NCBI RefSeq assembly: GCF_006345805.1 | Contig: NC_043015.1 | Span: forward strand, 45,446,001-45,510,000 | DNA length: 64,000 nucleotides | Direction of reading: 5' to 3' | Origin: Octopus sinensis | Taxonomy: Eukaryota | Part shown: in pieces, positions 11,514 to 23,535 of the stretch | Layout: each line of letters begins with the position of its first letter | How positions within the stretch are numbered: position 1 is the first letter of the stretch | The notes under the pieces: model-generated | What the model saw: only the letters and a program-made list of their open reading frames with translations | Told to the model about the DNA's origin: nothing | Database searches by the model: none | Program-made: the position numbers and the translations under genes

Positions 11514-11945
11514 TCATCATCATCAGCAGCAGCAGCATCGTTTAACGTCTGCTTTCCATGCTGGCATGGGTTGGATGATTTGACTGAGGTCGGGCGAACC
11601 AGATGGCTGCACCAGACTCCAATCTGATCTGGCAGAGTTTCTACAGCTGGATACCCTTCCTAATGCCAACCACTCCGAGAGTGTAGTGGGTGCTTTTACG
11701 TGCCACCGGCACGAGGGCCAGTCAGGTGGTACTGGCAACATCCACACTCAAATGGTGCTTTTTATGTGCCACCTCCACAGGAGCCAGTCCAGCGGCACTG
11801 GCAACGACCTCGCTCGAATGCTTTTTCACGTGCCACCAGCACAAGTGCTAGTAAAGCAATGCAGGTAACGATCACACTCAAATGGTGTTTTTAACATGCC
11901 ATCGGCATGGAGGCCAGCTTGTTGCCCTGGCCACAATCTCACTCA
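11514..11945 (-). mobile_element. (GAT)n-tailed retroposon family C
   Basis: (CAT)n-CGTTTAACGTC...CCATGCTGGCATGGGTTGG...CAGCTGGATRCCCTTCCTAATGCCAACCACTC; internal subrepeats; at least 7 copies. Confidence 0.85.
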
Positions 11946-12033
11946 TGTGTGTTTAAACTATTTGGAGGTGTTATTTGAGTAATTTAGGGGTACACCTTGG
12001 GGTTTTGTTTCCCATATGACCTGATTCATTTAA

Positions 12034-12250
12034 CCCCCTGCAGACAGATTTAGTACTGACAGTGCTGTGTACCAATATTAGGCCATTCAGCAGCTACAAA
12101 ATTTTTCATACAAGGAATTTTACAGTATATTTACAGATTTTTCTCTGTATGTTGTATTTGAAAAAAATGGTGCTGTGCAGAGCTAGACATAGTACTGCTC
12201 ATACACACAGTGTTTCGATGCAGTCAGTACCACTTCAGATCTGCAAGGGG
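12034..12250. mobile_element. piggyBac-type MITE (second family)
   Basis: TTAA-CCCCCTGCAGA...TCTGCAAGGGG-TTAG termini. Confidence 0.55.
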
Positions 12251-12526
12251 TTAGCATACAGTTTTGTTTTGTTTTTAACCAAACCGCTATGATAACACAA
12301 GGGTAACTGTATAAATTCTTGGCTTCCTTTATCAATGTATGTGGATTCACAAAACTGTTGAATGAATACACACTTGAGGCTTGTAAATGGTGAAAAATGC
12401 AATAGAAACTTTTCATATACAGAAATGGTGTTATTGTCCACATCTAATCACAGCAGTAAAAATTAACCCAATTTCCATTCAGTCCCTCATTAGTTATTAA
12501 TTACTTCAGTCTCATTCTGTCTGCAG

Positions 12527-12590
12527 ATATTGAATTAGTAGACTTGAGGAATACGGTATATAAATATCTTGGCAACAAGTCCATGTTTTT
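12527..12590 (+). other. Candidate internal coding exon (unidentified)
   Basis: Pyrimidine tract ...CTCATTCTGTCTGCAG| and |GTAAGT; single open frame xAT-IELVDLRNTVYKYLGNKSMF; no homolog recognised. Confidence 0.3.
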
Positions 12591-12753
12591 GTAAGTGGGG
12601 GGGGGGGTGAGTGAATCAATAGCAGAATGTTGCTGGTACTTGTTTTACTAACTTTGGAGAGAAAGACAAAAGTTGAAGTTGGCTCTTGTGGTGGGTTGGA
12701 TGTAAATATAATGACCGTTTCAATTAAAGCTACTACAAGTCACAGCTAGAATA

Positions 12754-13157
12754 TACTCTTTTATTTGTTTCAGTCATGTGACTGTGGCCATGCTGGAGCA
12801 CCGCCTTTAGTCGAGCAAATCGACCCCCAGGACTTATTCTTTGTAAGCCTAGTATTTATTCTATCGGTCTGTTTTGCTGAACTGCTAAGTTACGGGGACG
12901 TAAACACATCAGCATCGGTTGTCAAGCAATGTTGGGGGGACAAACATATACACACACATACATTATATATATATATATATATACACATATATATGATGGG
13001 CTTCTTTCAGTTTCCATCTACCAAATCCACTCACAAGACTTTGGTCGGCCTGAGGCTATAGTCGAAGACACTTGCCCAAGGTGCCACGCAGTAGTACTGA
13101 ACCTGGAACCATGTGGTTTGTAAGCAAGCTACTTACCACACAGCCACTCCTACACCT
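12754..13157 (-). mobile_element. SINE family A, full length
   Basis: Reverse-complement match to family A. Confidence 0.9.
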
Positions 13158-13254
13158 GATCATAGATCTGCTGGACCAACATTAAGGTAAAACAAGAACA
13201 ACTCTAAGGTTTCATTACTTTATCCATCTTTCTTATCAACCCACTATTCCTAGA

Positions 13255-13415
13255 AGGTTGAGCTGGAACAGTCATGTGATGTTGTGATGTGCATGACGAC
13301 TAGCAAAGCATAAAGAAATGTCAAACAATGCATGCAGAAGGAACCAGCAGCAGATCTAAAGGTAGATGTAAGAAGCAGTGAAGTCTGATCTCAAGATGCT
13401 GAAACTCAAACCTCA
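13255..13415 (+). pseudogene. Degenerate RTE-clade LINE ORF C-terminal fragment
   Basis: Frameshifted RLSWNSHVM / QSIKKCQTMHAEGT / EAVKSDLKMLKL resemble RTE motifs RLRWYGHV..R and GRP..TW...V..DL. Confidence 0.5.
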
Positions 13416-13529
13416 CAAACTTGGCAAAGTAGTGCAACAAGTGGCAAGTTGAGACAGAATGCAAAAGCGGATCAGTTCGATACAATACAAGTAGCATTAA
13501 AAAAAAGGCATAAAAATGGTGATATGGAG

Positions 13530-13905
13530 GAGTAAAGGGGAGGAGGAAGAGGGGGAAGATGAAGGGAATGGGGGGGAAGAGGGAGAATGGGGGGTGAGAG
13601 GGAAGGGAAGGAGGAGGAAGAAGAGAAGATAAGGGAGGTGAGAGGGATGAGAGGGAAGAAGGGGAGAGGGAGGAAAGAAGCATGGTAGGAGAGGAGGAGG
13701 GAGGAGAGGAGGAGGAAGAAAAGATAAGGGAGATGAGAGGGAAGAGAGGGAGAGGGAGGAAAGGAGGCATGGTAGGAGGAGGAGAGGAGGAGAAGGGGGA
13801 GAAGATAAGATAAGGGAGATTAGAGGGAAGAGGGGGAGAGGGAGGAAAAGAGGCATGGAAGGAGGGGAGGAGGAGGAGAGAAGTTGAGGAGGAGGAGAGT
13901 ATAAG
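13530..13905. repeat. Purine-rich (GA/GGA) low-complexity minisatellite
   Basis: Reiterated GGAGAGGAGGAAG/AAGATAAGGGAG/GGCATGG units. Confidence 0.9.
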
Positions 13906-14309
13906 ATAACACCACTCAGCGGATAAATAGAAATGATGGCTCATGGGATGCGAGTTGACACTTGTCTGAGAAAAGGGAAGTTCCTCTCCATTGCTAAGCA
14001 AATTATTGTTGGCAACAGCAACCATACGACTCCCAACCACCACCACCGCCAACAACAACAACAACAACAACAAGGGAAACAACAATAGCAATGAATCCTC
14101 CACTGCATGTTCTCATTGTAACTACAACAACAACGACAACAACAACAACCAACGCTTCAAATATTTTTACATGTTGCTATTGAGATTGAAACAAATCAAA
14201 CAGACAGGCAGTCTGCCTCCATAGAATCCAGTTTCCTTCGAGTTTCTATCCTTAGTAGGTGTTATTCCCCCCACCCCCCACCAACACCATCACCATCACC
14301 ACCAACCTT

Positions 14310-15000
14310 ACCTCTGCTACCAAAGTCTCTCCCCCTCTCTCTCTCTCTCTCCTGATCAATATTGTACAGCAAGTCTCTCATCTCATCACACTCTCCAATG
14401 TACGTAACAAAGCCCTCGCTCCCTCCCCCCCCACCCACCCGCCAGCCGAACCCTAACCAGCTCCTTCAATTCTTATGCCCTGTAACCCCACCAAGACCCA
14501 TGGAAACCTCCCTCACCCCACTCACACGACCACCACCACTGATTTTAGATTCAAACAGTTGAACAATTCTCTTCTCTGCATTTCTTCTTTCATCTCACTC
14601 TCTCTCTCTCTCTCTCTTGCTCCTTCCTTCTTTCTAATACTCTCTTTATTGCTCTCTCTCTCTCTCACTCTACTTCTCTCTCTCCCCCTCTCTCTACTGC
14701 TCTCTTACTCTCTCTTTACTGTTCTCTCTCACTTATTACTGATCTCTCTATCTCTACTGCTGCTGCAGCTGATCTCTCTCTCTCTCTCCATCTCTCACTC
14801 TGTTTATACTGCTCTCCCTCTCCCTCTCTCTCTCTCCATCCTTCTTTCTAATACTTTCTTTATTGCTCTCTCTCTCTCTTTCTCTCTCCATCTCTCACTC
14901 TGTTTATACTGCTCTCCCCGCCTCTCTCTCCCACTCCTACTCCCTCTCTTCCTCTCCTTCTTTCTCGCCTCTCCCAACTATTCCCAGACTTCTCTTTCAC
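14310..15000. repeat. Pyrimidine-rich (CT)n low-complexity tract
   Basis: Interrupted (CT)n with internal duplicated blocks. Confidence 0.9.
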
Positions 15001-15268
15001 CAAACTCTTCCAAATTGCCATTACCACATTCAGTTACAATTATTTAAAATAAATTAAGAAATAAAGACATAAATAATAATTATACAAAACAAAAACAAAA
15101 ACATAAAATTCAAACAAAAACAAAACTGTCCAAACACAGTTTTCTGCATCATCTAAAAAGACTATTCCAATCTATCAGGTTAAATTACATTTTGAGATAT
15201 CAAGCAAGACATAATGACTACTTAATTCTGCCATGGTTTTAGTTAATTAGTTAGTTTCAGTTTAGATA

Positions 15269-15307
<39 letters not shown>

Positions 15308-15529
15308 AGAGAGTGTGTGTATTTATGTAAGAATTGATGTATCTATGTATGTTGGTATGTATGTATGTATGTATGTATTTATGTGTATGTATGTACATGT
15401 ATAAACATATATACACATATATACATTGTGCATGTATTGGCATGTGTGTATCTGTGTGCGTATGTGTATACATACATATATATAAGTACATACATATATG
15501 TACATATGCACGTACACATACTCATACAC

Positions 15530-15581
<52 letters not shown>

Positions 15582-15707
15582 TTGCATAGATACAAATATA
15601 TATGTAGATATGTACAAAATGCTTCACCAAAACTACTCCATCTTTAGACATATATACACCCATGCATACATATATATAAATATATATACACACATGTACT
15701 CAAACAT

Positions 15708-15743
<36 letters not shown>

Positions 15744-16118
15744 GTACATAAATCTATATATAGATATATATATACCTACACATATATGTGTGTGTGTATG
15801 TAAGTCAGTCCATGCATATAAATATACAAACATAGACACACATACATGTAAATAAATATTCACACACACACACACACACATAAATGTCACACATCCATAC
15901 AGACATAACACCAACATTATCAAGCATCATATTCTATCACAGCTTCATTGAGAACATTCTTCGTTTACCATCAAGAGGAAGTTGTTGTCTTAGAGGAAAA
16001 AGCTAAGGGATGCTGCAATTAAGCCCTCTCCTGATGTTTGAATCAATCTTCTAATTGACCACTCTTTACATAAGTATACACATTTATACATACATACATA
16101 CATACATACATACATACA

Positions 16119-16288
16119 CTATCTATCTGCTCAGTCGACTCTCGGTCACTCGTTGGATCAGTGTCCTCCAGTCAGTTCTATCCTGGGCCACTTCCTTCAG
16201 ATTGGCCATGTCCATTCCGGTATCACTCCTGATGGTGTCAAGCCAGCGGGTTTTTGGTCGGCCTCTTCCTCTCTTGCCACTGACCATT
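16119..16288 (-). pseudogene. RTE (BovB-like) LINE 3' end, 5'-truncated
   Basis: MVSGKRGRGRPKTRWLDTIRSDTGMDMANLKEVAQDRTDWRTLIQRVTESRLSR* followed by an (ATAG)n tail. Confidence 0.88.
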
Positions 16289-16321
16289 CTATATATGATA
16301 GATTGTTAGCCACTGCACACA

Positions 16322-16477
16322 TATTTTTCTCTCCTTGTTTTTTCTGTGTCCCTTTCTGTAGAAGAGCGTAGGCTCGAAACATAAAAGACTTTTTCTATTC
16401 CTGAGCGTTATACTAATACATCTGTTTGTTTGTTACACCACCTGTCTCCGTCTTTTGTTTTTTTCGTAAACTCTCCC
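16322..16477 (+). mobile_element. PLE-terminal-repeat-like fragment with degenerate minimal HHR motif (16352-16387), ending in (TA)n
   Basis: CTTT-CTGTAGA-A-GAGC(gtag)GCTC-GAAAC-ATA-AAAG; core deviates from CUGANGA. Confidence 0.45.
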
Positions 16478-16587
16478 TATATATATATACCAGAGTAAAC
16501 ACATAAATGTGAAACAAGGTGGAAAAAAGAGTACTCAAATACCAGTGGTAGAGTAATATGCCTTATTTAAAGCAGCAGAAAATTCAA

Positions 16588-16637
16588 CAAAACCTGTTAC
16601 TCTGAGTTTCCCGTTGCCGTTCATCGGACAGTTTTTG
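16588..16637 (-). ncRNA. Same HHR candidate on the minus strand (left arm)
   Basis: Exact reverse complement of 16662-16711. Confidence 0.6.
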
Positions 16638-16661
16638 CTAGCAAAAACTGTCCGATTCTAG

Positions 16662-16711
16662 CAAAAACTGTCCGATGAACGGCAACGGGAAACTCAGAGT
16701 AACAGGTTTTG
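16662..16711 (+). ncRNA. Type-I hammerhead ribozyme candidate (CCGAUGA core variant)
   Basis: Stem I CAAAAACTGT/ACAGGTTTTG (9/10 pairs), core CCGATGA, stem II A-CG(GCAA)CG-G, GAAAC, stem III T(CAG)A, GTA triplet at 16699-16701. Confidence 0.6.
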
Positions 16712-16743
16712 TTGAATTTTCTGCTGCTTTAAATAAAGTATAC

Positions 16744-16857
<114 letters not shown>

Positions 16858-16982
16858 TTGCATAGATACAAATATATGTAGATATGTACAAAATGCTTCA
16901 CCAAACTACTCCATCTTTAGACATATATACACCCATGCATACATGTATATAAATATATATACACACATGTACACAAACATCC

Positions 16983-17016
<34 letters not shown>

Positions 17017-17392
17017 CGTACATAAATCTATATATAGATATATATATATATATACCTACACATATATGTGTGTGTGTATGTAAGTCAGTCCATGCATATA
17101 AATATACAAACATAGACACACATACATGTAAATAAATATTCACACACACACACACACATAAATGTCACACATCCATACAGACATAACACCAACATTATCA
17201 AGCATCATATTCTATCACAGCTTCATTGAGAACATTCTTCGTTTACCATCAAGAGGAAGTGGTTGTCTTAGAGGAAAAAGCTAAGGGATGCTGCAATTAA
17301 GCCCTCTCCTGATGTTTGAATCAATCTTCTAATTGACCACTCTTTACATAAGTATACACATTTATACATACATACATACATACATACATACA

Positions 17393-17560
17393 CTATCTAT
17401 CTGCTCAGTCGACTCTCGGTCACTCGTTGGATCAGTGTCCTCCAGTCAGTTCTATCCTGGGCACTTCCTTCAGATTGGCCAGTCCATTCCGGTATCACTC
17501 CTGATGGTGTCAAGCCAGCGGGTTTTTGGTCGGCCTCTTCCTCTCTTGCCACTGACCATT
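17393..17560 (-). pseudogene. RTE LINE 3' end (duplicate copy)
   Basis: Copy of 16119-16288 with two 1-bp deletions. Confidence 0.85.
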
Positions 17561-17593
17561 CTATATATGATAGATTGTTAGCCACTGCACACA

Positions 17594-17746
17594 TATTTTT
17601 CTCTCCTTGTTTTTTCTGTGTCCCTTTCTGTAGAAGAGCGTAGGCTCGAAACATAAAAGACTTTTTCTATTCCTGAGCGTTATACTAATACATCTGTTTG
17701 TTTGTTACACCACCTGTCTTCGTCTTTTGTTTTTTTCGTAAACTCT

Positions 17747-17749
<3 letters not shown>
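17594..17749 (+). mobile_element. Duplicate of PLE-like fragment with HHR-like motif (17624-17659)
   Basis: Nearly identical to 16322-16477. Confidence 0.45.
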
Positions 17750-17777
<28 letters not shown>

Positions 17778-18027
17778 CCAGAGTAAACACATAAATGTGA
17801 AACAAGGTGGAAAAAAGAGTACTCAAATACCAGTGGTAGAGTAATATGCCTTATTTAAAGCAGCAGAAAATTCAACAAAACCTGTTACTCTGAGTTTCCC
17901 GTTGCCGTTCATCGGACAGTTTTTGCTAGCAAAAACTGTCCGATTCTAGCAAAAACTGTCCGATGAACGGCAACGGGAAACTCAGAGTAACAGGTTTTGT
18001 TGAATTTTCTGCTGCTTTAAATAAAGT

Positions 18028-18028
<1 letters not shown>
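17778..18028. mobile_element. Duplicate fold-back HHR element (HHR + 17950-17999; - 17876-17925)
   Basis: Copy of 16490-16740 at offset 1288. Confidence 0.8.
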
Positions 18029-18079
<51 letters not shown>

Positions 18080-18103
18080 ATATATAGATATATGTGTGTG
18101 TGT

Positions 18104-18138
<35 letters not shown>

Positions 18139-18264
18139 GTACACATATATACATACATAAGTAAATACACTCATTCATATACACATATCAATATACCTAG
18201 AAATACACATACACAAACACTCGCACTCGCACACACATGCATATTATGTATAAACATGTACATT

Positions 18265-18575
18265 TACGATGGACTCTCCTGTTGAAGATGATGTATGAAT
18301 GTTCAGCTTCTCTGACAAATGACCTGCACAATTAATTTGTTTATAGTGATCAAATGTATGTGCAGCACATTAGCTCCCTCCCTCCCTCCATCAAAGCGAC
18401 ATTGCCCGAACAGGTGCACTGTGTGTCATGCATCAGATGTCATGATGTTTGTAGAGAGCAGCACGAGATGAAGTGTTTTGCTGAAGAATACAATGCACCA
18501 ACAAGTCTAGGAATTGAAACCATGATCTCCCAATTGTGAATAGAACACTCTAACCACAAGGCCATGCATCATCAC
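18265..18575 (-). mobile_element. Older tRNA-derived SINE (family I-like head)
   Basis: Minus strand ATGGCCTTGTGGTTAGAG...GGTTTCAATTCC...TTCTTCAGCAAAACACTTCAT. Confidence 0.6.
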
Positions 18576-18582
18576 ATACATT

Positions 18583-18945
18583 CATCATCATCATCATCGT
18601 TTAACGTCCGCTTTCCATGCTGGCATGGGTTGGACGATTTTGACTGAGGGCTGGCGAGCCAGATGGCTGCACCAGACTCCAATCTTGATCTGGCAGAGTT
18701 TCTACAGCTGGATGCCCTTCCAAATGCCAACCACTCCGAGAGTGTAGTGGGTGCTTTTTACGTGCCACCTGCATGGGAGCCAGTTAGGCGGTACTGGCAA
18801 TGACCTTGCTTGAATCTTTTTACACATGCCACTGGCACAGGTGCCAGTGAAGCGACGTTGTGGTGCCCTTTTACGTGCCACGAGTATGGAAGCCAGTCGG
18901 CTGCTCTGACAACGATCAAGCTCAGATGGTGCTCTTGGCACCCTA
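18583..18945 (-). mobile_element. Retroposon family C
   Basis: (CAT)n tail and family C body. Confidence 0.85.
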
Positions 18946-18985
18946 CTAGTACAGGCATATATATATATATAATAATAATAAATAA

Positions 18986-19231
18986 ATGCACCCTTTTAAA
19001 GCCTAGCCAGGCTCATGGGCCTGGTCTCCCGGTTTCTATGGCGTATGTGTTCCCCAGCTGGACGGGCCGCCAGTCCATCGTACCATTACTCATTTTTGCC
19101 AGCTGAGTGTACTGGAGCAATGTGAAATGAAGTGTTTTGCTCAAGAACACAACGCGTTGCCCAGTCCAGGAATCGAAACCACAATCTTATGATCATGATG
19201 CTGACACCCTAACCACTAAGCCATGCACCTC

Positions 19232-19232
<1 letters not shown>
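18986..19232 (-). mobile_element. tRNA-derived SINE family I (Meta-domain-like body)
   Basis: Minus head GGAGGTGCATGGCTTAGTGGTTAGGG...GGTTTCGATTCC, then GTGTTCTTGAGCAAAACACTT...CACTCAGCTG; the domain name is inference. Confidence 0.75.
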
Positions 19233-19280
<48 letters not shown>

Positions 19281-19291
19281 CATATTTTCGG

Positions 19292-19502
19292 TCAGTGCCA
19301 GTGACGCAAAAAAAAGCACCCATGCTGGTGACACATGAAAGGTACCCACAACACTCTTGGAGAGGTTGCCATTGGAAAGGGTATCCAGCCATAGAAACCA
19401 AGCCAAAATTAGACTGGAACCTGGTACAGCTGTCCGGCTTACAAGTTCCAGTCTAACCCATACCAGCATGGAAAGTGAACACTAAATGATGATGATGATG
19501 AT
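19292..19502 (+). mobile_element. Retroposon family C (diverged)
   Basis: GGAAAGGGTATCCAGC...CCAGCATGGAAAG...(GAT)n. Confidence 0.75.
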
Positions 19503-20165
19503 ATATATATATATATATATACTCATACGTACAAATACACATGCATGCATACACACACAAATACATAAGTATGTGTTGCATAAGCAAAAGCAGAAAAGAT
19601 TTTAAACAAAAACTGAAAATAAAAAAAAATAAGAGAAAAAAAAACATCTTCACATGGACACATGAGAAATAGAAAAATTAATGTAATTACTAAACTAATT
19701 TAATAAATATCAAAAAGGTACTCATGGAGAAAATCAGATTAGCCAGAAAGACTTGGCACTCCATCCAAGCTTACACTGTTGTTCTTCTGAAATTTCTCCG
19801 AGCCAAGCTTGAAGGAAATGGTGTTAATTTAATTAAAACAGGCTCTAATGAGCATTGTTTTCTCTGAAGTAGGTTGGAGCCCCCAAGTTTCTTGTAGACC
19901 ATCCTGCAGGGAATACTGAGCCTTACAGGTATTCCAGTGTCAACTGGTACTTAACTGGAGGAATCTCAGACAGCCAAGTTTGTAAGATGAATATTTGATG
20001 GATATCTGTGCAATATATCTGCAGTTTGTAAGACAGCAAGCTGGCAGAATTGTTAGCAAGCTGGGCAAAACGCTTCACAGAATTTCATCTGTCTTTACAT
20101 TTTGAATACAAATGCTGCTGGGATCAGCTGTCTTTCATCTTTTCAGAGTCAATGAAATAAGTACC

Positions 20166-20395
20166 TATTTCTTTATTACCCACAAGGGGCTAAACACAGA
20201 GGGGACAAACAAGGACAGACATAGGTATTAAGTCGATTACATCGACCCCAGTGCGTAACTGGTACTTAATTTATCGACCCCGAAAGGATGAAAGGCAAAG
20301 TCGACCTCGGTGGAATTTGAACTCACAACGTAACGCAGACGAAATACCGCTAAGCATTTCGCCCGGCGTGCTAACGTTTCTGCCAGCTCGCCGCC
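20166..20395 (-). mobile_element. Young SINE B inserted into an older B-like copy, 18-bp TSD
   Basis: GTCAATGAAATAAGTACC at 20148-20165 and 20402-20419. Confidence 0.92.
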
Positions 20396-21170
20396 TTATA
20401 TGTCAATGAAATAAGTACCAGTTAAGTATGGGGGTCAATGTAACCAACTTATCCCCTCCCCTGAAATTGCTGGCCTTGAGCCATATTTCGAAACCAATAC
20501 ATCAGCAGTTTGTATTATCCTCTCACACGGGCCCAGTGTTATTACGGCTGTATCTGTTTAGCACCAACTCAGCCCTTTTGGGACACACCTCTGGTCAAAG
20601 AGGCTTTGACTGTTATCTTTCATATGTAGACGCATTTGTGGCTACGTGCTTAAGAAGCCTGCTCGCAGCCATTTGGTTTCAGGTTCAAACCTAACATGTG
20701 GTATCTTGGACAAGTGTCTTCTACTATAAGCCCCAGGTTGACTCAAGCTACTCCAGCTGGAGAGAGGGAGGAAGGGAGAGAGACAGACAGACAGAGATAG
20801 AGATGGTGGTGAGCCATGAGAAAATAGTTACCTGTTACAGATTAGTAACCTATTGTTCACTTAACAGTTGAGGCCCATGAAAATTGGTGATAAACCACAG
20901 ATGATGACAGAGCAACTTTCTTAGGATTTCACATGACCTGCTTAGACTTGGCCCAAAGCCATATTTTTCTTCCCAACTGAAGCACCCTCTCCCCAGATCT
21001 ATTTACTTCGTTATCACCTCAAGCATCACTATTCCCCTTGTTACTCATAATTTATCTCATCTCCACATCCTGCCATTCCTAGTTTCTATGCCAATGACTC
21101 TTCTCCCAGAGGATCAAACCCCTACAATTCCAACCCCATTCATAGCTTTCCTGCAAACTTTCCTCTAAGA

Positions 21171-21950
21171 CGATGGTTCTCAACAAGTTTTTTGCCTATG
21201 GACCTCTTTAATTGTTATTTTACACTTGTAGGTCTCCATAGCTAGTCAATGTTTAAAAAAATCTTATTATATTCCTATAATTACAAATTAGAAATTGTAT
21301 TTAAAAAATTGGTTAAAATAGTTCATGTACTGTAGAAGTATAACTAATTTAGTTCTTTTATCTTTTTTGTTCTGTTACTTGTTTCAGTCATTTGACTTTG
21401 GCCATGCTGGAGGTCTGCCTTAATGGTTTTAGATGAAGAAAACGACTCCAAGACTTATTTTTTGTAAGCCTAGTACTTGTTCTATCGGTCTCTTTTGCTG
21501 AACTGCTAAATTATGGGGATATAAACACACCAGCATCAGTTGTCAAGCAATGGGGGGGGGGACAAACACTGCCAGTGCCACTGTACTGACTCCTGTGCAG
21601 GTGGAACGTAAAAAACACCATTTGAGCGTGGCTGTTGCCTGTACCACCTGACTGACCCTCGTGCCGGTGGCATGTAAAAACACCCACTACATTCTCGGAG
21701 TGGTTGGTGTTAAGAAGGGCATCCAGCTGTAGAAACACTGCCAGAACAGATTGGAGCCTGGTGCAGCCATCTGGTTTGCCAGTCCTCAGTCAAATCGTCC
21801 AACCCATGCCAGCAAGGAAAGCGGATGCTAAATGATGATGATGATGATGATGATAATATATATATGACAGGCTTCAAATTGTTATGGGGACCCACCAGAA
21901 TGAAACACAAATTAAAGGGCTTATAGATAAAGAATGGTTGAGAACCCCTG
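21171..21950. mobile_element. hAT (Charlie-like) MITE with nested SINE A half (about 21355-21568, -) and family C (about 21570-21855, +)
   Basis: Termini CGATGGTTCTCAAC / GTTGAGAACCCCTG; TSD decayed. Confidence 0.55.
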
Positions 21951-22153
21951 CTTTAGATGTATGTGTTGGTATGTACTAGAAGAAACAGTGAGATTTCTTT
22001 CTCTAACATTTTACATAGTTCAACCTTCAGAAGTTCATGTGTGAAAAACAAAATACAAATTTTGAAAGAAGTTTTTATAGAACTAGTCTGTAAATGTTGA
22101 ATGTTTATGGTGGTTCACTAGAATAAAATAGCAATCAAAGGGGTACATACATA

Positions 22154-22558
22154 GGCGCAGGAGTGGCTGTGTGGTAAGTAGCTTGCTTACGAACCACATG
22201 GTTCTGGGTTCAGTCCCACTGCATGGCACCTTGGGCAAGTGTCTTCTACTATAGCCTCGGGCCGACAAAAGCCTTGTGAGTGGATTGGTTAGACGGAAAC
22301 TGAAAGAAGCCCGTCGTATATATGTATATATATATGCGTGTGTGTCTTTGTGTATCTGTGTTTGTACCCCTAGCATTGCTTGACAACCGATGCTGGTGTG
22401 TTTATGTCCCCGTTACTTAGCAGTTCAGCAAAAGTGACCGATAGAATAAGTACTGGGCTTACAAAAGAATAAGTCCCGGGGTCGAGTTGCTCGATTAAAG
22501 GCGGTGCTCCAGCATGGCTGCAGTCAAATGACTGAAACAAATAGAAGAGTAAAGAGTA
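22154..22558 (+). mobile_element. SINE family A, full length
   Basis: Head-to-tail match. Confidence 0.92.
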
Positions 22559-23121
22559 ATAGAAAAAAGGCTGAGATTCCCTGGATGAAATGATGTGACC
22601 TACTCAAAAACACAACACTCTGGCTGGACTGGGGACCAAACCCATGACTATATAATCACAAGCCAAATACCCTAACCACAAGGCCATGGGCCTTCACCAT
22701 AACAAAAGAAAACAAGAAAACTAAAACAAAAACAATAAAACTAAAAAGAAATTAATAAGGGAAAACTAATTAGGATGCACTACGTTATTTTTAGAATTAA
22801 CTAGGTTTATAGCTATCTGTTAGGTAGGCTATTTTCATTAGCTATGTTGTAATTAAAATATGCTGGATCTAGCTAGAAATTGGCTAAATTAGCAACTCTG
22901 ATTGAAAGGGTTAATAAATTCTAAAGTTTCAGGATGAAAGAGGAACAGAGAGAATGTGGAAACAGGGCCTCACAGTGTCAGCATGCAAACAAGCACACTA
23001 TCAAGGCCTCGTTGTTGTAATTAACATTGTAAGTAATTGTTAGGAATGTTTTAAGATTTAGTTTCTTCTTTTTATTTCCACTACACGATATGCCCACAGG
23101 TATATGGCATAGTGGTTAAAA

Positions 23122-23351
23122 GGCGGCGAGCTGGCAGAAACGTTAGCACGTCGGGCGAAATGCTTAGCGGTATTTCGTCTGCCGTTACGTTGTGAATTCA
23201 AATTCCGCCGAGGTCGACTTTACCTTTCATCCTTTCGGGGTCGATAAATTAAGTACCAGTTACGCACTGGGGTCGATGTAATCGACTTAATACCTATGTC
23301 TGTCCTTGTTTGTCCCTTCTATGTTTAGCCCCTTGTTGGTAATAAAGAAAT
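23122..23351 (+). mobile_element. SINE family B, full length
   Basis: Head-to-tail match; inserted just after a short tRNA-SINE head. Confidence 0.92.
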
Positions 23352-23363
23352 GGGTTAAGAGGT

Positions 23364-23535
23364 TATTGAAAAGGTTGCAAGGCGCAACAAAAATTTTAGG
23401 AAAATAAAAATTTTACCGGTGAGTGTGTTAAATTATAAGGCACAAAAAGAAAATGACTCTCCCCAGACACAACAGAATATGCTTCAACACACAAACTCAC
23501 ATAAAGAATCTTGCAAACCAAATCCAAAAACGAAA
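23364..23535 (+). mobile_element. PLE-terminal-repeat-like element (collinear relative of 2249-2381)
   Basis: TATTGAAAAG-GTTGC(aaggc)GCAAC-AAAAATTTT-AGGAAAATAAA (degenerate HHR-like layout plus AATAAA), then the segments shared with 2249-2381. Confidence 0.5.

Larger units (their letters stand above)
16490..16740. mobile_element. (TA)n-flanked fold-back element with 79-bp inverted arms carrying HHR folds
   Basis: Arms 16563-16641 and 16658-16736 are perfect reverse complements; 16-nt spacer is a partial arm duplicate; homolog at 42177-42300. Confidence 0.8.

Noticed and set aside
13321-14103. 260-aa minus-strand ORF (likewise 25451-26068, 25614-26036, 33935-34399)
   Set aside because: Translation of purine/pyrimidine low-complexity tracts; no domain.
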